A stretch of DNA of 64,000 nt, from NCBI GenBank assembly GCA_902775735.1, contig CACYNH010000002.1:35669-99668 (forward strand). Reading direction: 5' to 3'. The first letter of the stretch is position 1; every line of letters starts with the position of its first letter. Source of the DNA: an uncultured Erysipelotrichaceae bacterium. Its GTDB lineage: Bacteria; Bacillota_I; Bacilli_A; Erysipelotrichales; Erysipelotrichaceae. The notes beneath the pieces are model-generated. The model was not told the origin of the DNA and did no database searches. It worked only from the letters and a program-made list of their open reading frames with translations. A program made the translations under genes and the position numbers. Of this stretch, positions 20,813 through 30,931 are shown one piece after another.

Positions 20813-23053
20813 ATGGAAAAGTTCAAGAAAAGCTGGAATTTCCACGGACGCACGATTACCGTGGAAAACGGCGAAATTGCCAAACAGGCATGCGGAGCAG
20901 TACTTGTCCGCTATGACGACACAGTGGTATTATCCACAGCTACAGCCAGCAACCAGGCGAAGGACACTGATTTCTTCCCGCTGACTGTCCTTTATCAGGA
21001 AAAGATGTACGCGGCAGGCAAGATCCCCGGCGGATTCCTGCGCCGCGAAGGCAGACCGAGCGAACACGCGACCCTGACGGCGCGTCTGATCGACAGACCG
21101 ATCCGTCCGCTGTTTGCGGAAGGTTTCAGAAACGAAGTCCAGGTGGTCAACACAGTATTCTCCGTTGATCCGGACTGCTCCAGTGAGATGATGTCGATTT
21201 TCGGCTCCTCCCTGGCATTATGCGTATCCAACATCCCGTTCAACGGTCCGGTCGCCGGCGTTCAGGTCGGCCTGGTCGATGATGAATATGTCATCAACCC
21301 GACAGTTGAGCAGAGCGAAAGAGCGCTCATCAACCTGACAGTAGCCGGCACAAAGGCCGCCATCAACATGGTTGAAGCAGGCGCCAAGGAAGTTTCCGAA
21401 GAGCAGATGCTGAAGGCACTGGCTGTCGGTCACGAAGCAATCAAGGAACTGTGCGCGATTGAAGAAGAAGTCATCGCCGCATGCGCAAAGGAAAAGATGG
21501 AAGTTGTTCTCTATGAGATCAATCCCATCGTCAAGGATTACATCGACGCCAACGGCGCCCAGCGCATCCGTGAGGCTGTCTCCATCAAGGGCAAGCTCGA
21601 ACGCTACGAAACCATCGACAATCTGATTGCCGAAATGGAAGAGGGCGTCGCTGCTCTTGAATGGGAAGACGAAAAGGCTAGAGAAAAGGCTGTCAAGCAG
21701 GCTCATGAATACGGCGTTGAAGTTGAGGCAGGCGAAGTCAGAAGACTGATCTCTGAAGAAAAGATCAGACCGGACGGAAGAGGCCTCGACGAACTGCGTC
21801 CTCTTGACTCACAGGTTGACCTGCTCCCCCGTGCCCATGGTTCCGCCATGTTCACAAGAGGCGAGACACAGGTTATCTCCGTCACAACACTGGGTCCGCT
21901 GTCCGATGCGCAGATCATCGACGATCTGACAACAGTCACAGAAAAGAGATTCATGCACCAGTACAACTTCCCGCCGTTCTCCGTCGGTGAAGTCGGCCGC
22001 ATGGGCTCCCCGGGCAGAAGAGAAATCGGTCATGGCGCACTGGGCGAAAGAGCTCTGCTGCAGGTCATGCCTTCTGAGGAAGAATTCCCTTACGCGATCA
22101 GAACCAGCGCGGAAGTCACCGAATCCAACGGTTCCTCTTCCCAGGCTTCGATCTGTGCGGGCACAATGTCCCTGATGGCAGCCGGTGTTCCGATCAAGGC
22201 GATGGTCGCGGGCGTTGCGATGGGTCTGATCACAGTCGGCGACACATATTCCATTCTCACTGACATCCAGGGTATGGAAGACCACTACGGCGATATGGAC
22301 TTCAAGGTTGCCGGTACCAGAAAAGGTATCACAGCCCTGCAGATGGATATCAAGGTCACAGGCATCTCCCAGCAGATCCTCACTGAGGCTCTCGCCCAGG
22401 CACACAAGGGCCGTATGGAAATCCTCGACAACATGGAAACAGCCATTTCCGAACCCAGACCCGAAGTCTCCAAGTGGGCTCCGAAGATGGATCACCTCAC
22501 CATCCCGACCGACAAGATCCGTATTGTCATCGGCAAGGGCGGCGAGCAGATCGACAAGATCATCGAGGAATGCGACGACGTCAAGATCGATATCGATGAT
22601 GACGGCAAGTGCGTCATTTACCATACCGACCGTGAAATGATCAACAAGGCAAAGCAGATCATTCTCGATCTCATCCGTGAAGCCAAGATTGATGAAATCT
22701 ATGACGCGACCGTTTCCGAGGTCCGCGAAAGCTTCGCCTTTGTCACCCTGTTCCCGGGCACCGACGCTCTTCTCCATGTCTCTGAACTGGCATGGGAGAG
22801 AGTCGAAAAGATCGGCGATGTGCTCCATGTCGGCGACAAAATCAAGGTCAAGGTCACCGCGATTGATGAAGCAGGCAAGGTCAAGGTTTCCGCAAAGCAG
22901 TGTCTCGAAAAGCCGGAAGGCTATGTCGAAAAGAAGAGACCTGAAAAGGGCGACAGAAACCGTAACAGAAACAGCGGTTCCCACAGCTCCTTCGAAAAGA
23001 AGAGCAGCGTCAATGTGGAACGCCGTGTCTTCAAGAAGAAAGACAGTGAATAA
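20813..23053 (+). CDS. pnp: Polyribonucleotide nucleotidyltransferase (PNPase)
   Basis: [53 protein letters not shown] and S1 domains. Confidence 0.98.
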   Translation: MEKFKKSWNFHGRTITVENGEIAKQACGAVLVRYDDTVVLSTATASNQAKDTDFFPLTVLYQEKMYAAGKIPGGFLRREGRPSEHATLTARLIDRPIRPLFAEGFRNEVQVVNTVFSVDPDCSSEMMSIFGSSLALCVSNIPFNGPVAGVQVGLVDDEYVINPTVEQSERALINLTVAGTKAAINMVEAGAKEVSEEQMLKALAVGHEAIKELCAIEEEVIAACAKEKMEVVLYEINPIVKDYIDANGAQRIREAVSIKGKLERYETIDNLIAEMEEGVAALEWEDEKAREKAVKQAHEYGVEVEAGEVRRLISEEKIRPDGRGLDELRPLDSQVDLLPRAHGSAMFTRGETQVISVTTLGPLSDAQIIDDLTTVTEKRFMHQYNFPPFSVGEVGRMGSPGRREIGHGALGERALLQVMPSEEEFPYAIRTSAEVTESNGSSSQASICAGTMSLMAAGVPIKAMVAGVAMGLITVGDTYSILTDIQGMEDHYGDMDFKVAGTRKGITALQMDIKVTGISQQILTEALAQAHKGRMEILDNMETAISEPRPEVSKWAPKMDHLTIPTDKIRIVIGKGGEQIDKIIEECDDVKIDIDDDGKCVIYHTDREMINKAKQIILDLIREAKIDEIYDATVSEVRESFAFVTLFPGTDALLHVSELAWERVEKIGDVLHVGDKIKVKVTAIDEAGKVKVSAKQCLEKPEGYVEKKRPEKGDRNRNRNSGSHSSFEKKSSVNVERRVFKKKDSE

Positions 23054-23062
23054 AAACTGAAT

Positions 23063-23090
23063 CAAAGGGAAGGCTTCAGGCCTTCCTTTT
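23063..23090 (+). terminator. Intrinsic terminator after pnp
   Basis: AAAGGGAAGGC-TTCAG-GCCTTCCTTTT. Confidence 0.75.
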
Positions 23091-23107
23091 GTTCAAGGAG
23101 ACAGCTT

Positions 23108-23776
23108 ATGCGAATGAGAAAAAAGAAGTGGGCCGATCCCTGGCTGGAAGCCCACAGCGACTATATTTTTGAAGACCCGAAGGAATATAAAGGAAAGTGG
23201 AAAGAGCTTCTGGGATGTGACATCCTCCATGTGGAAATCGGCACCGGCAAAGGCGACTATCTCAACAACATGGCAAAGATGTATCCGGAAGAAGGCTGGT
23301 GCGGCATTGAAAAAGACCGCAGTGCTGCCGCTGTCGCCGCCAGAAAAGCGGTGGAAGAGGAAAACGCCGACCTGCATAACCGCAGGATGATCGTCAGCCG
23401 CGCTGAAAACATGAGCGAATGGTTTGAGGACGGGGAGATCGACATCATCCATCTCAACTTTTCCGACCCCTGGCCCAAGAAATACACCCACAAGCGCCGC
23501 CTTTCCTCCGAAAGCTTCCTGGCGATGTATAACCGCCTCCTGGCGGAAAACGGAAGAATCCGCATGAAGACAGACAACACGGGCCTTTTTGAGGATTCGG
23601 TTCTGACCTTTGTTCAGAACGGCTGGACGTTCACTGAGTTCTCCGTCGACTACAGAAGAAACGAACATCCCGAGGACGCCATCACCGAATATGAATCCAG
23701 GTTCATGGAACTCGGCCAGCCGATTTATCAGCTGACCGCGGTCCGTGGCACTGCGAAAAAGGATATGGTAGAATAG
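23108..23776 (+). CDS. trmB: tRNA (guanine(46)-N7)-methyltransferase
   Basis: MRMRKKKWA, VEIGTGKG, LNFSDPWPKK..KRRL, KTDN, TEYE. Confidence 0.96.
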   Translation: MRMRKKKWADPWLEAHSDYIFEDPKEYKGKWKELLGCDILHVEIGTGKGDYLNNMAKMYPEEGWCGIEKDRSAAAVAARKAVEEENADLHNRRMIVSRAENMSEWFEDGEIDIIHLNFSDPWPKKYTHKRRLSSESFLAMYNRLLAENGRIRMKTDNTGLFEDSVLTFVQNGWTFTEFSVDYRRNEHPEDAITEYESRFMELGQPIYQLTAVRGTAKKDMVE

Positions 23777-23780
23777 CTTT

Positions 23781-24506
23781 GTGAAAAAAGCACTTCATAA
23801 AATTCCGGCCATCCTTGGCTGTGCAATTCTTTTAACAGGCTGCGCACGCATGAGCGGCGACGTGCAGTCGCGCCTTGACGCGGCTGTATCGCAGGCGCTT
23901 TCTTCTGAACCTGCCTCCGCCAACAACCGCAAGGAATTCTATTCCTACTATCTGGATCCGTCTGTCGGCAGACTGGCAAGCACCGCGACCGCCAATGAAT
24001 TCCAGACCGGCGGCAGCCGTTTTGTCATGAATCTCGACGTCGCTTCGATCATCAACAGCGTCTATTATCCTGAAGAGGCAGTTTCCCATGACTATGCGCT
24101 CAGCGGCGGGGAGATCGCAAGGGCTGCAGGAACCATGACGACTGCAGGCGGTGAAGAGCAGCCTTATGAAATCGTCATTGAAAAGACAGAAGACGACCGG
24201 TGTCTGATCCATGTCAGCGCCGGCTGGATGTCCTTTGAATGCCTGTGCGATGAAGCTCTGGCCCCGGCAGCGGCAGGACAGATGCTGAAGATCAGCAGAA
24301 GCGTCAGCGTCGATACAACCGAAGTGATCGCCGCCTTTACGACAAAGGAAGGAATCGACTATGTCGGCACCCCGGTGGAACTGTTTGAGGACAAAGCGCC
24401 GGAAAACGGATCCATTGAAGAGCTGCTGGTTGATTACAACGGTGTACCGGAAGACAAGGATGTTCCGGATTCCGAAGGGACGCCGCAGGAAGAAGAGGGC
24501 GAATGA
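23781..24506 (+). CDS. Hypothetical lipoprotein
   Basis: Signal peptide with LLTGC lipobox; GTG start 4 nt after trmB. Confidence 0.75.
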   Translation: MKKALHKIPAILGCAILLTGCARMSGDVQSRLDAAVSQALSSEPASANNRKEFYSYYLDPSVGRLASTATANEFQTGGSRFVMNLDVASIINSVYYPEEAVSHDYALSGGEIARAAGTMTTAGGEEQPYEIVIEKTEDDRCLIHVSAGWMSFECLCDEALAPAAAGQMLKISRSVSVDTTEVIAAFTTKEGIDYVGTPVELFEDKAPENGSIEELLVDYNGVPEDKDVPDSEGTPQEEEGE

Positions 24507-24620
24507 CCGGTTTCCTGTGCGTGAAAACTGTCTGAACCGCGCTTTTTATGGTATTATTCTTATTAACAATGCCGTCCAAATGGCATAAAATAGATTTTGT
24601 ATTCCAGGAGGGAAAACCAT

Positions 24621-25481
24621 ATGCTTAAAAAACTACAGGACCTGCTCTTCGAAGATGAAGACGAAGACATTGAAGAAGAGGAAGAAGAAATAGCAGAAGA
24701 TCCTGCGGCCTATACCCAGGAAATCAGCACAGTACAGGTTGAGGAACCCAAACCCGCAGCGCCCGTTCAGCCCGCACCGGCTCCGGCGCCCGCTCCCGCG
24801 CCTGCACCCGCGCTCAAAGCTGAGGAAACGGTGGAAGTCCGTCCTGCCATGCAGAGAATCGACGTCACCCAGCCGATTCCGGTTGTGAATGAACGCCGTG
24901 AACCCGCAAGAGAAGAGTCCGTATTCAAGGAGCCGGCAAAACCCGCGCCTTCCTTTGATATCAAGGTCGATGAAAAGCCTGCTGTCCAGCAGTCCAGACC
25001 GAAGGCAAAGCCTGCCCAGAAGCCTGCCCGCCAGGCATCCAAGCCGGCAAACAAGGGATACCAGTTCCAGCCTGTCATCAGCCCGATTTTCGGTGTCGAT
25101 GAAAAGGACATGAACGCGCTCAAGACAACAACCACAAAGATCTCCGAAGCAAAGAGAGCCAAGATTGATCCGAATGTCAGTCCGATTATAAGCCCGATGT
25201 ACGGCATGAACCAGGAAGACAAGCCGTCCAGCATCCAGAACACAGTCAGAAAGTCCAATGCCCAGGAAGCGATCCTGGTCAGCCCGCAGGCGAAGAAAGC
25301 CGAGGATGAAATCCCGGAATTCTCCCTTGATGACATTCTGAAGACAAGAGATGAGGAATTCGCCCAGACAGCAGCCGCAAGCGAAGAAACAGCGCCGCTG
25401 TTCCCGGACCTGAACCTCTGGGATGACGAACCCGAAAGCGCCGACGACGCGACAATCGTGATCGAAAGACCTGTCAAATAA
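24621..25481 (+). CDS. Hypothetical disordered protein resembling the SftA N-terminal region (no motor domain)
   Basis: AGGAGG RBS; amphipathic MLKKLQDLLF, acidic run, (PA)7 linker, two SP(I/M)(F/Y)G motifs. Confidence 0.75.
   Translation: MLKKLQDLLFEDEDEDIEEEEEEIAEDPAAYTQEISTVQVEEPKPAAPVQPAPAPAPAPAPAPALKAEETVEVRPAMQRIDVTQPIPVVNERREPAREESVFKEPAKPAPSFDIKVDEKPAVQQSRPKAKPAQKPARQASKPANKGYQFQPVISPIFGVDEKDMNALKTTTTKISEAKRAKIDPNVSPIISPMYGMNQEDKPSSIQNTVRKSNAQEAILVSPQAKKAEDEIPEFSLDDILKTRDEEFAQTAAASEETAPLFPDLNLWDDEPESADDATIVIERPVK
24771..24812 (+). repeat. (Pro-Ala)7 coding repeat
   Basis: CCN GCN x7 with varied third positions. Confidence 0.85.
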
Positions 25482-25494
25482 TCAGGAATCTATG

Positions 25495-25523
25495 ACTGTA
25501 CCGGTTTCCGGTACAGTTTTTTT
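25495..25523 (+). terminator. Intrinsic terminator
   Basis: Perfect ACTGTACCGG-TTT-CCGGTACAGT followed by T tract. Confidence 0.85.
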
Positions 25524-25656
25524 GAATCATAGTGCGCAGGGAGGGGCTGAACGCTCCTCCTTTTCACATGAGCGCAGAAAGGTGAAAAACCTTAACATTG
25601 CGGACGGCATATATCAATTGCATGCATGCTTCGGCTATACTGAAAAGGGTGGCGCC

Positions 25657-26685
25657 ATGTTCCGTATACTGATCAGTCTTTTCGGCATATTCATCCGGCT
25701 GATGCCGCTGATTGTTTTCTATCTGGCCCTCTACCGCGATTCCATGCACGGCAGGCTGAAAAAAGCCGGCTATACAGAAAAAGACATGATCGTGGACGGG
25801 GTGCGTTTTCATTACGCCGAATCGCAGGATTCCCATAAGCCGGTGCTTGTGCTTCTGCACGGGCACATGCTTGACTGGTTTTCCTGGCGCAGTGTGCTGA
25901 TCCCTCTTTCTGAAAAATATCATGTATACGCACCGGATCTTCCCGGACACGGTAAGACAGTATGTCCGGATGACTTTGAAATGAATGCGGATAATATCGG
26001 CCTGCACATTGCCCGTTTCATTGAGAAAGTGACTGATCAGCCGGTACTCATCGCCGGCCATTCCTGCGGCGGACTGATTGCTTTATGGCTTGGAGCTGAA
26101 CGTCCGCATACGGTCAGAGCACTGATCCTGGAGGATCCGCCGTTATTTTCTTCAGAATATCCGGCCATCCGCAATACATCCGCTTACCGCACAGCCAGAG
26201 TCTGCGCCAGGGCGGTGAAAGAGGATAACGAAGGGGATTTCCTGCGCTTTGCACTCAGAAATGACGCAGATCTTTTCCCACGCGTCCGGCGTTCATTTCT
26301 CAGCTTATTAATCATGATTTCAAGAAAGCTGCATTATAACGCAACTGTTGAAATCCCGTTTGTTTCACCGGTGCTCAGGGAAATGATCCGGGGCATGGAT
26401 CAGTATGATCCCCATTTCGGCCAGGCGTTTTATGATGGAACATGGAATGAGAATTTCAATCATGCGGATGCCCTTTGCCTTATTGAATGTCCGGTGCTGT
26501 TGCTGAAGGGGGACAGCTTTACCGACAGCAGCGGAATACTGCACGGGGCCATGTCTGAAGAGAACGCGGATTTTGCGCTCAGCCGTCTTTCCAGGGGCAG
26601 CTGTGTTCAGATCAGCGCTGCATCTGTGATTCATACCGAAGCACCGGAAGAATACCTCAAAGCCGTCAGCCTCTTTCTGAAATGA
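25657..26685 (+). CDS. Alpha/beta hydrolase with N-terminal membrane anchor
   Basis: LVLLHG, DLPGHG, GHSCGG nucleophile elbow, LEDPP; ATG 25657 preferred to 25492. Confidence 0.88.
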   Translation: MFRILISLFGIFIRLMPLIVFYLALYRDSMHGRLKKAGYTEKDMIVDGVRFHYAESQDSHKPVLVLLHGHMLDWFSWRSVLIPLSEKYHVYAPDLPGHGKTVCPDDFEMNADNIGLHIARFIEKVTDQPVLIAGHSCGGLIALWLGAERPHTVRALILEDPPLFSSEYPAIRNTSAYRTARVCARAVKEDNEGDFLRFALRNDADLFPRVRRSFLSLLIMISRKLHYNATVEIPFVSPVLREMIRGMDQYDPHFGQAFYDGTWNENFNHADALCLIECPVLLLKGDSFTDSSGILHGAMSEENADFALSRLSRGSCVQISAASVIHTEAPEEYLKAVSLFLK

Positions 26686-26869
26686 AGCGTGTGAATTCCG
26701 CTGTTTCCTGAATCACGGGCGAGACAATGTTTTAATGACCTGAAGTCTTTTTTCTGCGTTTCACGCATTTCTGAAAGGGCACTGATGATCATGGTGGGCA
26801 TACATCTCAGTGTTGGGCTATAATTGTGCACGTGACAGCAGTCAACAAAGTCCACAGGAGACATTTTCC

Positions 26870-28633
26870 ATGAATATTCAGACCGCGGACATTCTTCGCA
26901 TATTAAGCAGTGAGCCATATTCAGACACGCGCGCTCTTGCCTCAGAAACAGGATACAGCAGAGAAACTGTCCGCCGGGGGCTCATTCAGTTAAAGAATGA
27001 AGGGTATCTGGATCATGCCTTTCATCTCACACCAGAAGCGGAAAACGAACTGCTTGCGTCATCCCCGAAGACCGCAGTCATTCTTGCGGCAGGATTTGGG
27101 ATGCGGATGGTTCCGATCAACACAGCAGCCCCCAAAGCGCTTCTTGAAGTCAGAGGGGAAAGACTCATCGACCGTCTGATTAAGCAGCTTCATGAAGCGG
27201 GAATTGAAGAGATCACGGTAGTCGCCGGTTTCATGAAGGAAAGCTTTGAATATCTCATTGATGAATTCAATGTTGATCTTGTGATCAACTCAGAATACGC
27301 CTCCGGCAATAATCTCCACAGCCTCGCGCTTGTTTCTTCAGGAATCCATAACACCTACATCATTCCCTGCGATCTCTGGTGCAAGAACAATCCGTTTTCA
27401 AAACATGAGCTTTATTCATGGTATATGGTCAGTGACCGCTTCAGCGCTGACAGCACTGTGCGCGTGAACCGCAGAAAGGAACTCACACCAAGCAGAGGCG
27501 GAAACCGGATGATCGGAATCTCTTACCTGAAAGAACCGGAAGCTTCCATCGTGCGTGAAAAGCTGAAGCTGTATGACGCGGATGGTCTCCATGTGAATTC
27601 CTTCTGGGAAGACACGCTTTTTGAAAAGAACCGCATGACCATATACGCCAGAGCTGTAAAGGACGAAGACGTCACGGAGATCAACACCTACGAACAGCTC
27701 AGGGAACTTGATTCCGGATCCCATCAGCTGAAGTCAGATGCGATCAGCACGATCGCGGATGTCTTCAATTGCGATGAAGAAGAGATTACAGACATCAGAG
27801 TCCTGAAAAAAGGAATGACCAACAGATCATTCCTGTTCACCTGCAGAGAAAACCAGTACATCATGCGCATTCCCGGCGAAGGGACTGATCAGCTGATTAA
27901 CCGCAGACAGGAGTATGAAGTCTATCAGGCCATCAGCGGACACGGCTTATGCGATGATCCGGAATACTTCAATCCAGACAACGGGTACAAGATCACCCGT
28001 TTCCTGAAAAACGCAAGAACATGCGATCCGCACAATGAAGAGGATCTGAAACGGTGTATGGCAAAACTCAGGGAATTCCATGCAATGCGTCTTGAAGTGG
28101 ATCATACCTTTGATCTGTTCAGAGAGATTGATTTCTATGAAAGTCTCTGGCAGGGGACGCCGAGTGTTTACCGCGACTATGCAAAAACCAAAACCAATGT
28201 CCTTTCACTGAAGGCTTATATTGACTCTATGGACAAAGACCGGTGCCTGACCCATATCGACGCGGTCGCCGACAATTTCCTTTTCTATGATGACGGCAGT
28301 GAAGAAGAGGCACTGCAGTTAACCGACTGGGAATATGCCGGCATGCAGGATCCGCATGTCGATCTGGCGATGTTCTGCATTTACAGTCTCTATTCAAAAC
28401 AGGAATGCGATCACCTGATCGATCTGTACTTTGAAGGATCATGCGATATCACAGTCCGTGCCAGAATCTACTGCTATATCGCTGTCTGCGGGCTGTTATG
28501 GTCCAACTGGTGCGAATATAAAAGAAACCTTGGCGTTGAGTTCGGTGAATACAGCCTGCGCCAGTACCGCTATGCGAAAGACTACTACCGTTACGCAAAT
28601 GAGATGGTTGCCTCTTTAAAGGAGTTGAAATGA
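26870..28633 (+). CDS. HTH + NTP-transferase (LicC-like) + choline/ethanolamine kinase (LicA-like) fusion
   Basis: N-terminal ALASETGYSRETVRRGL HTH; AVILAAGFGMR..PKALL; kinase GMTNRSF, MRIPGEGT, HIDAVADNF, DWEYAGMQD; AGGAG RBS. Confidence 0.88.
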   Translation: MNIQTADILRILSSEPYSDTRALASETGYSRETVRRGLIQLKNEGYLDHAFHLTPEAENELLASSPKTAVILAAGFGMRMVPINTAAPKALLEVRGERLIDRLIKQLHEAGIEEITVVAGFMKESFEYLIDEFNVDLVINSEYASGNNLHSLALVSSGIHNTYIIPCDLWCKNNPFSKHELYSWYMVSDRFSADSTVRVNRRKELTPSRGGNRMIGISYLKEPEASIVREKLKLYDADGLHVNSFWEDTLFEKNRMTIYARAVKDEDVTEINTYEQLRELDSGSHQLKSDAISTIADVFNCDEEEITDIRVLKKGMTNRSFLFTCRENQYIMRIPGEGTDQLINRRQEYEVYQAISGHGLCDDPEYFNPDNGYKITRFLKNARTCDPHNEEDLKRCMAKLREFHAMRLEVDHTFDLFREIDFYESLWQGTPSVYRDYAKTKTNVLSLKAYIDSMDKDRCLTHIDAVADNFLFYDDGSEEEALQLTDWEYAGMQDPHVDLAMFCIYSLYSKQECDHLIDLYFEGSCDITVRARIYCYIAVCGLLWSNWCEYKRNLGVEFGEYSLRQYRYAKDYYRYANEMVASLKELK

Positions 28634-29364
28634 TGGCAGAAACGATCCATACAGTAAAAAGGGCGATTATCATGGCGGCCGGCATTGGAAACCGGATGCG
28701 TCCTCTGACTCTCTCCACGCCCAAGCCATTGGTCAGAGTCAACGGGACCAGAATGATCGACACCGTCATTGAAGCGCTTCATCAAAACAGCATCTTTGAA
28801 ATCTATGTTGTTGTCGGTTATCTGAAAGAACAGTTTTATGACTGGGCTCAGGACAAAGAGGGAATCACAATCATCGAGAATCCTTATTACGATACATGCA
28901 ATAACATCTCCTCCCTTTACGCCGCAAGAGAACACCTGGAGGACTGTATGATTCTGGATGGCGATCAGATCATCTACAATCCATCCATTCTGGATCCTCA
29001 TTTCACGCTTTCCGGATACAACGCCGTATGGCGCGAAGGGAAGACGGATGAGTGGCTGATGGAAGTGAAGGACGGCATTGTCACTTCCTGTTCAAGAACC
29101 GGTGGCTCTCATGGCTGGCAGCTGTATTCCGTCTCCCGCTGGAACGGGGAAGACGGCGCAAAGCTGCGCGGGTTTCTGGAATATGAATTTGAAAACGGAA
29201 ACAGGCAGATCTATTGGGATGATGTGGCCATGTTCAGGTATTTCGATGACTTTAGGCTTGGAATCTTTGAAATGAAGGCTGACGATATCATTGAAATCGA
29301 CAGTCTTGAGGAACTGGTGCAGATAGATCCGTCTTATCAGAAATACGTCACTGACTGTGAATGA
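28630..29364 (+). CDS. licC: CTP:phosphocholine cytidylyltransferase family (LicC-like)
   Basis: AIIMAAGIGNRMRPLTLSTPKPL, NNISSLY, LDGD, YWDDV, EIDSLEEL. Confidence 0.82.
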   Translation: MMAETIHTVKRAIIMAAGIGNRMRPLTLSTPKPLVRVNGTRMIDTVIEALHQNSIFEIYVVVGYLKEQFYDWAQDKEGITIIENPYYDTCNNISSLYAAREHLEDCMILDGDQIIYNPSILDPHFTLSGYNAVWREGKTDEWLMEVKDGIVTSCSRTGGSHGWQLYSVSRWNGEDGAKLRGFLEYEFENGNRQIYWDDVAMFRYFDDFRLGIFEMKADDIIEIDSLEELVQIDPSYQKYVTDCE

Positions 29365-29382
29365 GTCATTCTTCATCAATGA

Positions 29383-29435
29383 ACAGTTTTAAACTGCGGC
29401 TGCCGCTCTGTTATAGAGAAGCAGCTGTTTTATTT
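29383..29435 (+). terminator. Putative terminator after licC
   Basis: GCGGCTGC..CTCT-GTTAT-AGAG..GCAGCTGT followed by TTTATTT. Confidence 0.5.
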
Positions 29436-29552
29436 CTGGCTTGGGAAGGATCAGTGAATGAGTTCTGACAGGCTGTACACATGTATTGAATGACATCTGT
29501 CATGGGTGAAAAAAGCCCTTGAAATACTGCATGTTAAGCGCTCTCATTGTTA

Positions 29553-29581
29553 TTGAAAAAGTTTTCAAAGGATACTATAAT
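29553..29581 (+). promoter_or_regulatory. sigma-A promoter of ytxG-ytxH-ccpA with overlapping cre-like palindrome
   Basis: TTGAAA, 17 bp, TATAAT; TGAAAAAGTTTTCA (29554-29567) has one mismatch to TGWAANCGNTNWCA. Confidence 0.7.
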
Positions 29582-29605
29582 CAAATTTAAGAAGGAGACC
29601 TGATT

Positions 29606-29968
29606 ATGGACGATTTATTACTCGCATTACAAAATGTATCTCAGCAGCTGCTGCCGATTCTCGGAGCCGTGGCTCTCGTCTTCTTATGCATCCTGCTGAA
29701 GAAAATCGTCGATCTCGTAGAAAGCATTACCGCAACAGTCAAGGGCCTTGACCCCACACTCAGACTTGTGGACAAGAGCATTGAAAAGGTTCAGGCGCCT
29801 CTGAATACAGCTGTCAAGTACAGTCACACCCTCGACAGAGTTCATGACAAGACAGCCGAGACATTCGGAAAAGCGGTGGATTTCGCCAGCGAGAATATCG
29901 ACAACCTCAAAGAATTCGTGGCTGAAAAGCTCCCTGCAGAACAGGAAGCCGAGGCGGAAAAGGAGTAA
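29606..29968 (+). CDS. YtxG/DUF948-like membrane-anchored protein
   Basis: N-terminal TM then helical region; two genes upstream of ccpA as in Bacilli. Confidence 0.7.
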   Translation: MDDLLLALQNVSQQLLPILGAVALVFLCILLKKIVDLVESITATVKGLDPTLRLVDKSIEKVQAPLNTAVKYSHTLDRVHDKTAETFGKAVDFASENIDNLKEFVAEKLPAEQEAEAEKE

Positions 29969-29971
29969 ACC

Positions 29972-30910
29972 ATGAGCGAAGAAAAGAAAGTTGAAACAAC
30001 CGAAGACAGCGGCATCGATTTCAATAATTCAAACGAGCCGATCGAATCCATCGAAAAGACAGTCGAGAACCTGAAGAAAAAGATTCAGGAGCTCAGCGAA
30101 AATGCGGCTGAGGAAGTGAAGGAAGCCGTCGCGTCCACTGCCGAAGCAGTCAAGGATTTCAAAGAAGACGCAGCCGAAAAGGTTGATGAGAACATCTCTT
30201 CCGCAAAAGAAATGAAAGAAAACCTCGAAGACGCCATTGAAGAAAAGGCTGAAGATATCAAAGAAGCATCTGAAGAGAAGGCAGACGAGGCTGAAGAGGC
30301 TGTCGAAGACGTCAAAGAAGCAGTTGAGGAAAAAGCTGAGGAAATCGCTGAAGCGGCAGATGAAGCGGAAGAAGACAGCTTTGTCATTCCTGACTTTGTG
30401 TCCAATGAAAAACCCGGCAAGTTCGATGAACTTAAGGACAATGCCCTCAAGACAGCTGGCGCCGCGCTTGAAACAGCCAAGGCTGCCGCTGACAAGGCAC
30501 TTTCCAACCCGACCATCCAGAACGGCGTGAGCGCTGTCAGGGACAATGTCGGCAAGGCTCTTGAGTCCGCCCGTGTGCAGGCCGCAAAACTGACCGACAA
30601 TGAGGAAGTCAAAAAGCTCGCCGAACAGGCAACAGGCACATTCAAGAAGGTTTCCGACGCGGTCGCTGAAGGCTCAAAGGCAGCCGCCAAGAAGATTGAC
30701 GAGACAATGAACAAGCCGGAAGTCCAGGACGCTCTTGCCAAGGCAAAGACAGCGGCCGCAGGCGCTTTTGAGGCGGCGAAGAACGGCATTCTCTCACTCT
30801 TCAACAAAAAGGAAGAAGCAGAAGAAGAAGAAGAAGAAGACGCGGAAGAAATCGTCGCGGAACAGGCTGAAGAAGAAACAGTACAGGATCTTACAGACAG
30901 CGAAGAATAA
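29972..30910 (+). CDS. Acidic Ala/Glu/Lys-rich helical protein, YtxH-like by position
   Basis: LEA-like repeats (EEKAEDIKEA, EEKADEAEEA, EEKAEEIAEA); AAGGAG RBS. Confidence 0.7.
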   Translation: MSEEKKVETTEDSGIDFNNSNEPIESIEKTVENLKKKIQELSENAAEEVKEAVASTAEAVKDFKEDAAEKVDENISSAKEMKENLEDAIEEKAEDIKEASEEKADEAEEAVEDVKEAVEEKAEEIAEAADEAEEDSFVIPDFVSNEKPGKFDELKDNALKTAGAALETAKAAADKALSNPTIQNGVSAVRDNVGKALESARVQAAKLTDNEEVKKLAEQATGTFKKVSDAVAEGSKAAAKKIDETMNKPEVQDALAKAKTAAAGAFEAAKNGILSLFNKKEEAEEEEEEDAEEIVAEQAEEETVQDLTDSEE

Positions 30911-30931
30911 GGAAACCGGGGAACTGCGCGC

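Noticed and set aside
21809-23065. 418 aa antisense ORF over pnp (likewise 56-778, 800-1441, 24767-25477, 30085-30933, 57121-57966, 60785-61582)
   Set aside because: Shadows of codon-biased sense genes; no RBS or recognisable motifs.
26772-26830. CTGATGA near GAAA as a hammerhead ribozyme
   Set aside because: No stem II followed by GAAA and no closing stems.
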